48,949 nt of DNA from Chloroflexota bacterium (GTDB taxonomy: Bacteria > Chloroflexota > Chloroflexia > QHBQ01), in NCBI GenBank assembly GCA_043754535.1, contig JAYUUN010000040.1, positions 1-48,949 on the forward strand, written 5' to 3'. Shown here in pieces: positions 10,186-18,804 of the stretch; the stretch's first letter is position 1, and each line of letters begins with the position of its first letter. A model generated the notes under the pieces. The model made no database searches, was not told the origin of the DNA, and saw only the letters and a list, made by a program, of their open reading frames with translations. A program made the position numbers and the translations under genes.

Positions 10186-13100
10186 CAGACCAAGCAAAGA
10201 GAACCCTACACGCTAGCTGGGTGAACGGCAGCGACGATGGAGGCTTCTACTTCTGGGTGGAGTTGGACAAGGCGCGGGCTGGTAGTTCGCCCATCTTCGA
10301 CAGCCGCTACCCGAAGTACCCGCTGGCCGCCACCGCCGCTACCTTGAGCAAGTACTTCGACCAGTGGCTGGGCCTCTATGGTTACTATGCCCTACCGACC
10401 TGGGCCTACCTGCCCCGACCGGGCAGCAATCAGCAAGAAGGCTTCTGTCTGCCGACGATCCAGGCCAGCAACTATGAGATGATCGACATCCTGCTCGGCT
10501 CGCACGATGACCTGCTGGGCCAAGAGTTTGCTGCTGGGGCTGACCTCGCGTACTGGGCTGCTGCCCTGCGCTTCGCGTTGGAGATCGTGGTGGGCGGCTA
10601 CTACCTGCCCACGCTCTACCTGCGTGGCAAGCAGTGGCAGGCACGCTGGGAAGCCGACCTCGACCACCCCACTGTTGGCCCCCGCTTTGACATCCTGGTA
10701 GAGGCAATGCCCCCCGCTACCCTCCTCTACGCTTATGGTGAGCGCGGCCTGGCGAAGATGATCGACGGCGAGCAGCAGCAGCCCGCACCCATCCTGGCTG
10801 GCTTCCTCAACAGCGTAGTCAGCGAAACGCTTTCCTCCTTCCTCAAACGCGACCTTGCCCCACAGAGCAAGGATAAGTATGCCAACCTCTGGGTGCAGTC
10901 GCTATTTGGTCGCCACAGCTACCTGGTGGATGATTTGGAGACGCTCCGCACCAAGGCCCAGCGCGACAGGTTGCAACCGCTGTTCGACAGCTATACCGCC
11001 TGGCGCGGGCAGTTGACTGGGGTTGCTGCACCGCTAGAGAGTGGCAGCAACTACCGCGTGGCCTTGCGTCTCGAGCAACCGCCCAGCCAGCAACCCGCTG
11101 ACGGCCTGCTGGACGAGGAGTTGTTTGCGCCAGAGCAGCCCGACAAGTGGCGGCTGCGCTTCCTCTTGCAGGCTAACGACGACCCTAGTCTGCTCGTCCC
11201 CGCCGAGGACGTTTGGCAGGCAGACAGCAGCAGTCTGGACTACCTGAGCCGCCGCTTCGACCGCCCTCATGAGCGGCTGCTGATCGCCCTCGGCCACGTC
11301 GCTCGCCTCTTTCCTCCCGTAGAGCGCGCCCTGACCACCGCCCGCCCGACCGTGGCCTACCTGACGTTGGAGGAAGCCTACCAGTTTCTCAGCGAGGCCG
11401 CCCCAGCTTTGGAGGAGAGTGGGCTGGGGGTGATCGTGCCTAACTGGTGGCAGCAGCGGGCCAAACTGAAGGCGAAGGCCCGGCTGAAGGGGGCGGACGA
11501 GAAGAAGACTGGCAGCGGTCTCTTTAACGTCGAGGGCCTGGTTGAGTACGACTGGCAGCTATCACTTGGCGACGAGACGTTTTCGCCCGACGAGTTCGCT
11601 CAGGTCGCTGACCTCAAGCAGCCGCTAGTGCAGGTGCGCGGCCAGTGGCTAGAGTTGCGCCCAGAGCAGCGCGAGGCTGCCTTGCAGTTCCTCAAGCGCA
11701 ATCCACATGGCACGATGGCCCTGGGTGATGCAGTGCGCCTGGCCCTGGGCGGCACGGGCGAGCAGGCCGCCGGGCTGGAGATCGGCGAAGTCGAAACCCA
11801 GGGCTGGCTCAAGGTACTGATGGGTGAACTGGAGGAGGGCCGCCTGGAGGAGTTGCCGCCGCCCATCAACCTGCACGCCACCTTGCGTGCTTACCAGGTG
11901 CGCGGCTACTCCTGGCTGGCCTTCCTCCGTCGCTACGGCCTCGGCGCGTGCCTGGCCGACGACATGGGCCTGGGCAAGACGATCCAGCTACTGACCCTGC
12001 TGCTGCGCGAGAAGGAAGCCGGGCGGGCTGGCCCCAGCCTACTGCTCTGCCCCACTAGCGTGGTCGGCAACTGGCAGCGCGAGGCCGACCGCTTCACCCC
12101 CGACCTGCGCGTGATGGTGCATCACGGGGCGACCCGCCAGCGCGACAATGAACACTTCGCCGCCGACGCGCACAGCCACGACCTGGTGATTAGCAGCTAC
12201 GGGCTGGCCGCCCGCGACGAGGAGCTTTTCGGCAGCGTACCCTGGCGCAGCCTGGTCTTGGACGAGGCCCAGAACATCAAGAACCCCTCCACCCGGCAGA
12301 CGCGGGCGATTAAGAACCTGCCTGCCATGCAGCGCATTGCCCTGACTGGCACACCGGTGGAGAACAGGTTGATCGAACTGTGGAGCATCATGGACTTTCT
12401 CAACCCTGGCTACCTGGGCAGTGCAGAGAGCTTCCGCAAGCACTTCGCCACCCCAATCGAGAAGGAGGCCGACCCCGCCGCCACCCAGAAGCTCCGCAAG
12501 CTGACCCAGCCCTTTATCTTGCGGCGACTCAAGACCGACTCGCGCATCATCCAGGACTTGCCACCCAAGAACGAAATGAAGGTCTACTGCAATCTCTCCG
12601 TTGAGCAGGCCAGCCTCTACCAGGCGTTCGTCAACGACATCTTGCGCCAGATCGAGGAGAGCGAGGGCATCCAGCGGCGCGGTCTCGTCCTCAAGATGCT
12701 GCTGCGCCTCAAGCAACTGTGCAACCACCCGGCCCAATTCCTGGGTGACAGTTCGGCCCTGGCTGGGCGCAGCGGCAAGCTAGCGCGCCTGGAGGAGATG
12801 CTGGAAGAAGCACTCAGCGCAGGCGACAAGGTGTTGATCTTCAGCCAATTCGCCGAGATGGGCGGGATGTTGCAGTCCTACCTGCAAGAGCGGCTGGGGG
12901 TGGAAGCTCTTTACCTCAGCGGCAGCACCGAGCGGCGCAAGCGTGAGGAGATGGTGCAACGCTTTCAGAGCGCAGATGGGCCGCCTCTCTTTATCCTCTC
13001 CCTCAAGGCAGGTGGCGTGGGCCTCAACCTGACCGCTGCCAACCACGTCTTCCACTTTGACCGTTGGTGGAACCCGGCGGTGGAGAACCAGGCGACCGAC

Positions 13101-13313
13101 CGTGCCTTTCGCATCGGCCAGACCAAGAGCGTACAGGTACACAAGTTTATCTGCATTGGCACGTTGGAGGAGCGCATCGACCTGTTGATCGAGAGCAAGC
13201 GTACCCTGGCCGAAAGCGTGATTGGTGGCGACAGCGAGGGCTGGCTGACCGAACTCAGCACCGCCGACCTGCGCGACCTGGTGCGTCTCAGTGCCGACGC
13301 GGTGGGGGACTAA
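10182..13313 (+). CDS. SNF2-family helicase-like ATPase (YwqA/HelZ type)
   Basis: LRAYQ, LADDMGLGKT, LDEAQNIKN, ALTGTPVEN, LRRLK, KVLIFSQF, GGVGLNL, DRWWNPAVENQATDRAFRIGQ. ATG 10182 overlaps the upstream TGA. Confidence 0.95.
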   Translation: MTDQAKRTLHASWVNGSDDGGFYFWVELDKARAGSSPIFDSRYPKYPLAATAATLSKYFDQWLGLYGYYALPTWAYLPRPGSNQQEGFCLPTIQASNYEMIDILLGSHDDLLGQEFAAGADLAYWAAALRFALEIVVGGYYLPTLYLRGKQWQARWEADLDHPTVGPRFDILVEAMPPATLLYAYGERGLAKMIDGEQQQPAPILAGFLNSVVSETLSSFLKRDLAPQSKDKYANLWVQSLFGRHSYLVDDLETLRTKAQRDRLQPLFDSYTAWRGQLTGVAAPLESGSNYRVALRLEQPPSQQPADGLLDEELFAPEQPDKWRLRFLLQANDDPSLLVPAEDVWQADSSSLDYLSRRFDRPHERLLIALGHVARLFPPVERALTTARPTVAYLTLEEAYQFLSEAAPALEESGLGVIVPNWWQQRAKLKAKARLKGADEKKTGSGLFNVEGLVEYDWQLSLGDETFSPDEFAQVADLKQPLVQVRGQWLELRPEQREAALQFLKRNPHGTMALGDAVRLALGGTGEQAAGLEIGEVETQGWLKVLMGELEEGRLEELPPPINLHATLRAYQVRGYSWLAFLRRYGLGACLADDMGLGKTIQLLTLLLREKEAGRAGPSLLLCPTSVVGNWQREADRFTPDLRVMVHHGATRQRDNEHFAADAHSHDLVISSYGLAARDEELFGSVPWRSLVLDEAQNIKNPSTRQTRAIKNLPAMQRIALTGTPVENRLIELWSIMDFLNPGYLGSAESFRKHFATPIEKEADPAATQKLRKLTQPFILRRLKTDSRIIQDLPPKNEMKVYCNLSVEQASLYQAFVNDILRQIEESEGIQRRGLVLKMLLRLKQLCNHPAQFLGDSSALAGRSGKLARLEEMLEEALSAGDKVLIFSQFAEMGGMLQSYLQERLGVEALYLSGSTERRKREEMVQRFQSADGPPLFILSLKAGGVGLNLTAANHVFHFDRWWNPAVENQATDRAFRIGQTKSVQVHKFICIGTLEERIDLLIESKRTLAESVIGGDSEGWLTELSTADLRDLVRLSADAVGD

Positions 13314-13316
13314 CTA

Positions 13317-14234
13317 ATGGTGACGAAGAAGGGGGATGCAGGCAACTGGTTCTGGCAACGGTGGCTTGACGTGTTGGAGGGCGAGACCGACGAAGGCCGC
13401 TTCACGCGGGGCCGCCGCTACGCCAACAACGGCAGCATTCTCAGCCAGACTATTGCCCCTGGCAAGCTGAAGGGGCGGGTGGAGGGTAGCGAGGCCGCTC
13501 CATATAAAGTCTCTATCCGCGTGCCGCTGCCTGACGACAACCAGTGGGAGACGGTATTGCAGGCGATCCGCAACCAGCCGCTCCGCCTCAGCCGCTTGCT
13601 GGCAGGCCAGTGGCCGCCCGAAGCTGAAGACCTGTTTGCGGCGGCCAGTATCGAACTGGTACCCGAACTTGACCTTGAGCTACTATCCTGCGACTGCGAG
13701 GACTGGTACGGTGATGCTCCCTGCAAGCACCTGATCGCCCTCTGGTACAGCTTCGGCCAGCAAGTCAGCAGCGACCCGTTCAAGCTGTTTGCCCTCTATG
13801 GCCGCGACCGCGATGAGGTGCTGGCCGCCGTTGGCTTGCCTGGCCCCCAGTCGTCTGTTGGGCTAGAGCCTGCCGCTACCCTAAAGGTAGCCTCACCCAC
13901 TCTGCCCGCTGCTAGCAATGAGCAACTCTGGCAGCCAGGGCCAGCATTGCTGGGCTTCAGCACGCAGCTTGTCCCGCTCAAAGGCGAGTCGCCTAGCCTG
14001 ACGCGCCTCGGTGAACCACCCTTTTGGTCGGGCGACTTCGCCGCCGCCCTGCGTCCTGCTTACGAGCAGGTGAGCAAGCGGACGGTTCTCTGGCTGGTCA
14101 AGGCACTCAAGGCCAGCGCAGATGTAGCGGGCAAGGAGTACAAGGGCGACGAGTACGAAGATAAGGACGAGGCCGACCAGAGGGATGAGATTGCTGCCTA
14201 CGAAGATGAGGATGCAGACGAGGAAGATAATTAA
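13317..14234 (+). CDS. SWIM zinc-finger protein, partner of the SNF2 ATPase
   Basis: RFTRGRRYA, SCDCEDW..PCKHL (CxC-xn-CxH), DPFKLFALYGR; acidic C-terminal tail. Confidence 0.92.
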   Translation: MVTKKGDAGNWFWQRWLDVLEGETDEGRFTRGRRYANNGSILSQTIAPGKLKGRVEGSEAAPYKVSIRVPLPDDNQWETVLQAIRNQPLRLSRLLAGQWPPEAEDLFAAASIELVPELDLELLSCDCEDWYGDAPCKHLIALWYSFGQQVSSDPFKLFALYGRDRDEVLAAVGLPGPQSSVGLEPAATLKVASPTLPAASNEQLWQPGPALLGFSTQLVPLKGESPSLTRLGEPPFWSGDFAAALRPAYEQVSKRTVLWLVKALKASADVAGKEYKGDEYEDKDEADQRDEIAAYEDEDADEEDN

Positions 14235-14369
14235 CGTAGGCTTAGAGGAGTAACTTTGTTGGCGAATATCAAGGCTAATAGCTTGCCAAACTGCTAAGGA
14301 TGGCGTAAAATTAGGCAAGGATCGTATTAGCGGGGAGCAATGTCGCTCAAGGGACAGGGGGATCACGCT

Positions 14370-14816
14370 ATGCCACAGCAGCGTTACGAAAAAGAGATCG
14401 AGGATATTCTGCGGAAGGCCGAGGAAGCAGGATGGGGCAAGGTAAACGGTGCCGCTCCGCGCCCGCAGGAGACAGCCCGCCCCTTGCCACCCAACCGCTC
14501 CAACCCCACAAAGCCGAAAGCGAACCGCCGCTCGGTGCGCTGGACCCCTGGTAGCATCCTCGCCGCTGTGGCGATCTTTACCCTGCTAGTGATCATACTC
14601 TCCCCGATTGACCCCAGCCGCATCACCTTGCTGCTCAGGCCGCTCGCGGTGCTGGCCCTGATTGGTGCAGTGATCTACTACTTCAGCCAGAGTGGGCGCA
14701 CATCGCCACCCCCCGGCGAGAAGCGATGGCGCGGCCAGCCGATTCAGTTCGAGCAGCCCGAAACTCCCTTCGAGCGCATTGCCAGCACCCTCCGCCGCTG
14801 GCTCAACCGCCGCTAG
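14370..14816 (+). CDS. Hypothetical membrane protein (2 TM)
   Basis: RYEKEIEDILRK N-terminus, two hydrophobic helices, EKRWRGQPI; GGGGGA RBS. Confidence 0.8.
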   Translation: MPQQRYEKEIEDILRKAEEAGWGKVNGAAPRPQETARPLPPNRSNPTKPKANRRSVRWTPGSILAAVAIFTLLVIILSPIDPSRITLLLRPLAVLALIGAVIYYFSQSGRTSPPPGEKRWRGQPIQFEQPETPFERIASTLRRWLNRR

Positions 14817-14826
14817 CCACCCCTGT

Positions 14827-14855
14827 TTGACAAGCCCGCTGTCACCTGTTATACT
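14827..14855 (+). promoter_or_regulatory. Sigma70 promoter of the cobalamin operon
   Basis: TTGACA (14827-14832), 17 nt, TATACT (14850-14855), directly upstream of the riboswitch. Confidence 0.85.
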
Positions 14856-14869
14856 GCGAAAGATGTTAA

Positions 14870-14995
14870 TAAGCGTTGAACCTGGGGGAAGTCCGGTGCA
14901 AACCCGGCGCAGTCCCGCTACTGTAACCGCTATTTGCGGTGAGCCAGATCGCCCATTCCACGCAGACACGACCACCCTTCGCGAGAGAGGGTATG
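14870..14995 (+). promoter_or_regulatory. Cobalamin riboswitch (short type)
   Basis: GGGAAGTCCGGTGCAAACCCGGCGCAGTCCCGCTACTGTAA..GAGCCAGA core (B12 box); downstream hairpin ACCCTTC-GCGAGA-GAGGGT whose loop can pair with TCCCGC; precedes ECF transporter genes. Confidence 0.92.
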
Positions 14996-15046
14996 TGTGA
15001 GCTACCTGCTGGGGCGACTCTACCCTCCGCGCCGCAGAGCCACGCT

Positions 15047-15079
15047 ACCCTCGCCCTTTTCGGGCGGGGGTCTTTTGTT
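15047..15079 (+). terminator. Riboswitch attenuator terminator
   Basis: Stem ACCCTCGCCC-TTTTC-GGGCGGGGGT followed by CTTTTGTT, in the leader before ATG 15107. Confidence 0.7.
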
Positions 15080-15106
15080 GGCCCTACGGGAAGAAAAGGA
15101 GAGTCC

Positions 15107-16246
15107 ATGTCCTACGCCAAGAAGTTGAGTAGCCTGCTGCTGGTGCTGACCCTGTTGATCGGTTTCGGCGCGTCCGCTGCCGCCGCCCCTGCTGCCCCTG
15201 CCGCCGCAACCACCGCCGCGCAAACGGCGGCTAGCTGGCTGCGCGGCGCACAACAAGCCGACGGCGGCTTTGGCCCTGCGCTCAAGGGGCCTTCCACCCT
15301 CGGCCAATCCACCGATGCCGCCTTTGCCTTCGCCGCCAGTGGGGCAGAGTTGACTGACGTGGTGAAGGGCGGCAAGTCGCTGCTCGCTTACCTGGTGGCG
15401 AACGGGGCCACCGCCAGTTCGCCCGCCGCTGCCTGCAAGGTAGCTCTGGTTGGGCGTGGTTACCTGCCGAAGACGGTCTTCGACGCGATCAGCAAGGCTT
15501 ACGACAAGACGACTGCCACCTTCGGCAAGACCACTCTCGACCAGGCCTACTGCCTGCTACAAAGTCGCACTGGCGCACCCCAGGAGGAGATTGATGCGCT
15601 GAAGAAGCTCCAGCTTGCCGATGGCAGCTTTGCCTTCGCAGGGCTGGGCGCAGCCGGTGAGGGGGACAGCAACACCACTGCGCTGGTAATGCAGAGCCTG
15701 GCCGCCAACGGCGTGGCTGCCAACGATGCGGCGATCACCCAGGCGGTTGCTTACCTCAAGACGCAGCAGAACGACGACGGCGGCTTCCCCTACCAGAAGC
15801 CCAGTCAGTACGGCACCGACACCGACGCGAACTCGACCGCCTACGTAATCCAGGGTTTGCTGGCTGCTGGCCTTGACCCCGCTGGCTTCAAGAGTGCGGC
15901 TGGCAATGACCCGCTGGCTGCCCTGCTCAAGTTGCAGAACCCCGACGGTGCCTTCCGCTTCCAAGGCGCAAGCGGCGAGGACAACGTGCTGGCAACCTTG
16001 CAGGCGATCCCCGCCCTACGCTATGCCAGCTTGCCAATTGCGATCCCCGACGCGGCAGGCAGCGCAGCGGTGAGTGGCACCCCAGTGGTCGTTAACGATA
16101 GTAGCATGGTCGCTACTCCACCTAGCACCCCTCGCCTACCGCGTACCGGTAGCAGCGACTATGGCTGGCCGCTGACCTTGTTCGCCCTCGCGCTCAGTGG
16201 GCTGGTGGGCGGCCTGCTGCTCCGCCCTCGGCGCAGGCGCAGCTAG
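15107..16246 (+). CDS. Sortase-anchored prenyltransferase/squalene-oxidase-repeat (alpha/alpha toroid) protein, probably a cobalamin-capture component
   Basis: Signal peptide; repeats WLRGAQQADGGFG, LQLADGSF, YLKTQQNDDGGF, LQNPDGAF, DSNTTA, DANSTA; C-terminal LPRTG + TM + RPRRRRS; AAGGAG RBS. Confidence 0.88.
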   Translation: MSYAKKLSSLLLVLTLLIGFGASAAAAPAAPAAATTAAQTAASWLRGAQQADGGFGPALKGPSTLGQSTDAAFAFAASGAELTDVVKGGKSLLAYLVANGATASSPAAACKVALVGRGYLPKTVFDAISKAYDKTTATFGKTTLDQAYCLLQSRTGAPQEEIDALKKLQLADGSFAFAGLGAAGEGDSNTTALVMQSLAANGVAANDAAITQAVAYLKTQQNDDGGFPYQKPSQYGTDTDANSTAYVIQGLLAAGLDPAGFKSAAGNDPLAALLKLQNPDGAFRFQGASGEDNVLATLQAIPALRYASLPIAIPDAAGSAAVSGTPVVVNDSSMVATPPSTPRLPRTGSSDYGWPLTLFALALSGLVGGLLLRPRRRRS

Positions 16247-16332
16247 AAAGCACCCGCTTGCATCTCCCTGGCACAATCAGGCCCGCTCCCGCCACTGAAC
16301 CCACCCTGCTTGCTGGGGAGGGCAGGGTGGGG

Positions 16333-18153
16333 GTGTCCTCATTCCGCCCCTCTCGCCTGTCGCCCAAGTGTGCATGGGGGGGGCTGCCCTGCCTGCTAGC
16401 CCTGATCCTCTTTGCGGGCAACGCTGCTGCCGCGCAACAGGTTGTTGGTACGCCGCTGCATCACGCGGCCCTGGTGGTGCGGCATGGAGACGGACGAGTA
16501 GTGACCAGGGTGGTGGCTTTCAGCACAGAGAGCATCAGCGGGCTGGAACTGCTTGAGCGGGCCAGTCTGGAGGCAGAGATAGACTACCTCGGCCTGGGTG
16601 GAGCGGTAGCCGCGCTCCAAGGTGAGGGCTGCCACCCCCCCGGCCAGTCGGCCTTCTGCCAATGCCAGGGCGCAGAGTGCAAGTTTTGGCGGTACTTCCA
16701 CCTCGACCCCGGCCCGCCTGCCCAGTGGCGACTAGCCAACTCTGGTGCGGGCGACTACCGAGTGCGCGACGGGGCGGTAGAGGGCTGGGCCTGGGGTGGC
16801 AAGGAGCAACCGCCGCTCTACAGCTTCACCGACCTCTACCAGCCCCCACCACCGACTGCTACCCGCGCTTCCACCCGCCCGTCTCGCCCCAGCAGTACGC
16901 CGACGCGCACGGCCCAACCGGCTACTACTACGCCAACGCCAGCACTAGCCACCGCCATGCCCCGCCCCAGCCCGATTGTTGGGCAGGTTGGGCTAGTCAC
17001 AACAACGGCGCAGGCAGCTACCGCCACGCCTTCACCACAACCAAGCAGTACGCCACAACCGAGCGACACCCCAGCAGCGATGCTCACCGCCAGCTTGGTT
17101 GTCGTGGCAACGACCACACCGGGGGTGGCAGACGTGTTGCCAATGGCTACGAGCCAACCGCCCGGCGCGTACCGTGGTGCAGAGGGGCTGGCAGTCGCCA
17201 TGATCTTGCTACTCGTGTTGCTGCTGCTGGTCGGGCGTGGTGCGACAGGGGAGCCGTTGAACAGCAGGGCGTGGTTGGGGTGGCTGCTAGCGGCGGTGCT
17301 GGCAGTGGGCAGCAACCCCTACTACCTGGCTATGCTGCTGCTAACTAGCCTGATCGTCTATCGGGGCTGCGCCGCGTCGCCAGGGGGGCAGCAGGGCAGC
17401 GTGCTGCTGCGCCTGGGCGTGGTCAGCTTCGCCTTCATTGCCCTGTTCAACTTCTTGACCGCGCACGCTGGGCGTACTGTTTTGCTCACCCTCCCGCGAG
17501 AGTGGCCCGCGATTGGCGGCATCCTTACCGCCGAGGGGCTGGCCTGGGGTGCCAGCAAGGGGTTGACCATCCTCACCTTGCTGGCTGTCTTTGCCACCTT
17601 CAATCGGGTGGTTAGCCACCGAGAGGTGTTGAGCCTGATCCCTGGCCCCATGCGGCGGCTGGGGCTAGTCGCCAGCATTGCGGTGCTGTTTGTGCCACAG
17701 ACGGTGGCGGCGGCGCAGAATGTGCAGCAGGCTCAACAGTTGCGCGGCTATCGAGTGCGGGCGCGCAATCTCCTACCGCTATTCGCCCCTCTCCTGCTCC
17801 TCAGCCTGGAGCAGGCTAGCCAGTTGGCCGAGGCCTTGGCGACGCGGGCGTGGGGCTATGGGCCACCCGGCTTCAAGGGGCGCACTGCCTACCGCCACCT
17901 TGTTTGGCGGCCACGTGACCGACTGCTGCTGGCGGTTGGGCTGGCGGTAGCCACCAGCTTCGCTCTGCTCCGCCTGTTCAGCAGCCTGCCACTGGACTAC
18001 TACCCATACCCCCAGTTGCAGTGGCCGCCCTTCGACCTCCTACCTGCCTTGCTGACCATCGCGCTGCTGCTGCCCCCTGCTCTGGTCAGTCTAAGTCACG
18101 CCCGTCAGCCCGACCAGACGGCAGCCAGCGTGCTGCAAAGGAGTGAGCCATGA
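16333..18153 (+). CDS. Fusion of a DUF4430/transcobalamin-C-terminal-like extracellular domain and an ECF transmembrane T component (CbiQ/EcfT)
   Basis: Signal peptide, SGLELL..FWRYF..W..ANSGAGDYRVRDGAVEGWAWG, Thr/Pro linker, then EcfT with QAQQLRG and LAEALATRAWG. Start uncertain (GTG 16333 or TTG 16258). Confidence 0.82.
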   Translation: MSSFRPSRLSPKCAWGGLPCLLALILFAGNAAAAQQVVGTPLHHAALVVRHGDGRVVTRVVAFSTESISGLELLERASLEAEIDYLGLGGAVAALQGEGCHPPGQSAFCQCQGAECKFWRYFHLDPGPPAQWRLANSGAGDYRVRDGAVEGWAWGGKEQPPLYSFTDLYQPPPPTATRASTRPSRPSSTPTRTAQPATTTPTPALATAMPRPSPIVGQVGLVTTTAQAATATPSPQPSSTPQPSDTPAAMLTASLVVVATTTPGVADVLPMATSQPPGAYRGAEGLAVAMILLLVLLLLVGRGATGEPLNSRAWLGWLLAAVLAVGSNPYYLAMLLLTSLIVYRGCAASPGGQQGSVLLRLGVVSFAFIALFNFLTAHAGRTVLLTLPREWPAIGGILTAEGLAWGASKGLTILTLLAVFATFNRVVSHREVLSLIPGPMRRLGLVASIAVLFVPQTVAAAQNVQQAQQLRGYRVRARNLLPLFAPLLLLSLEQASQLAEALATRAWGYGPPGFKGRTAYRHLVWRPRDRLLLAVGLAVATSFALLRLFSSLPLDYYPYPQLQWPPFDLLPALLTIALLLPPALVSLSHARQPDQTAASVLQRSEP

Positions 18154-18803
18154 CCCTGATCGGCCTCAGTCACCCGCTCGGCCCTGCCATGCCCTCCTAC
18201 CCTGGCGTGCCAGAACCACAGTTCCACACCCTCTTTACGCATGAGCAGAGCGCAGCACGCGGCAACTACGCCCCTGGCACGACCTTCCAGATCGCCACCT
18301 ACGAGATCGCTGGCAACACTGGCACGTATGTGGATGCTCCCTTCCATCGTCATCCTGGCCTTGCGGATTTGGCGAAGCTGCCCCTGGACAGGCTGGCGAA
18401 CCTGCCTGCCATCGTGGTTGTGATTGCGCCAGAAGGGGCCATCGAGCTGGCGACTTTCACGGGGCTGGAAGTGCGTGGCAAGGCGGTGCTGCTGCATAGT
18501 GGCTGGGCGCAACGCTGGGGTGGCGACTACTTCCGCTCCGGCCCCTACCTGACTGTTGCTGCCTGCGAAGGGTTGGTGGCGGCGGGTGCGCTCCTGGTCG
18601 GCATAGATTGCGCCAATATAGATGACATGGCAGACAAATCGCGCCCTGCTCACACCATCTTGCTTGGTGCGGGCATCCCGATCATCGAACATCTCTGTAA
18701 CCTTGAGCAACTACCGGCTGAAGGTAGCCGCTTCTTCGCCGTGCCGCCCGCCATCGAAGGGGGTACGAGTTTCCCAGTGCGCGCCTTCGCCATCGTGGAG
18801 TGA
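18150..18803 (+). CDS. Cyclase-family (kynurenine formamidase-like) metal-dependent hydrolase
   Basis: GNTGTYVDAPFH, VLLHSGW, LVGID, HTILLGAGIPIIEHL, SFPVRAFA; ATGA overlap with the EcfT fusion gene. Confidence 0.9.
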   Translation: MTLIGLSHPLGPAMPSYPGVPEPQFHTLFTHEQSAARGNYAPGTTFQIATYEIAGNTGTYVDAPFHRHPGLADLAKLPLDRLANLPAIVVVIAPEGAIELATFTGLEVRGKAVLLHSGWAQRWGGDYFRSGPYLTVAACEGLVAAGALLVGIDCANIDDMADKSRPAHTILLGAGIPIIEHLCNLEQLPAEGSRFFAVPPAIEGGTSFPVRAFAIVE

Positions 18804-18804
18804 G

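Noticed and set aside
10182..14234. SNF2-SWIM as a new anti-phage system
   Set aside because: This is a widespread pair of the YwqA/YwqB type, with no nuclease, methylase or mobile-element context here.
14939..15106. N-terminal extensions in the ORF track (14939, 10074, 18622, 21423, 32011, 37120, 39105, 46881)
   Set aside because: They run through the riboswitch, promoters, CIRCE or upstream genes; downstream starts with an RBS or translational coupling fit better.
15107..16246. Squalene-hopene cyclase or terpene biosynthesis call
   Set aside because: Too short, secreted and LPxTG-anchored, no DxDD motif; the context is B12 transport.
16300..16331. Hairpin CCCACCCTGC..GCAGGGTGGG as a REP/MITE or terminator
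   Set aside because: Single copy, no U tract, inside an operon; at most an mRNA stability or translation-tuning element.
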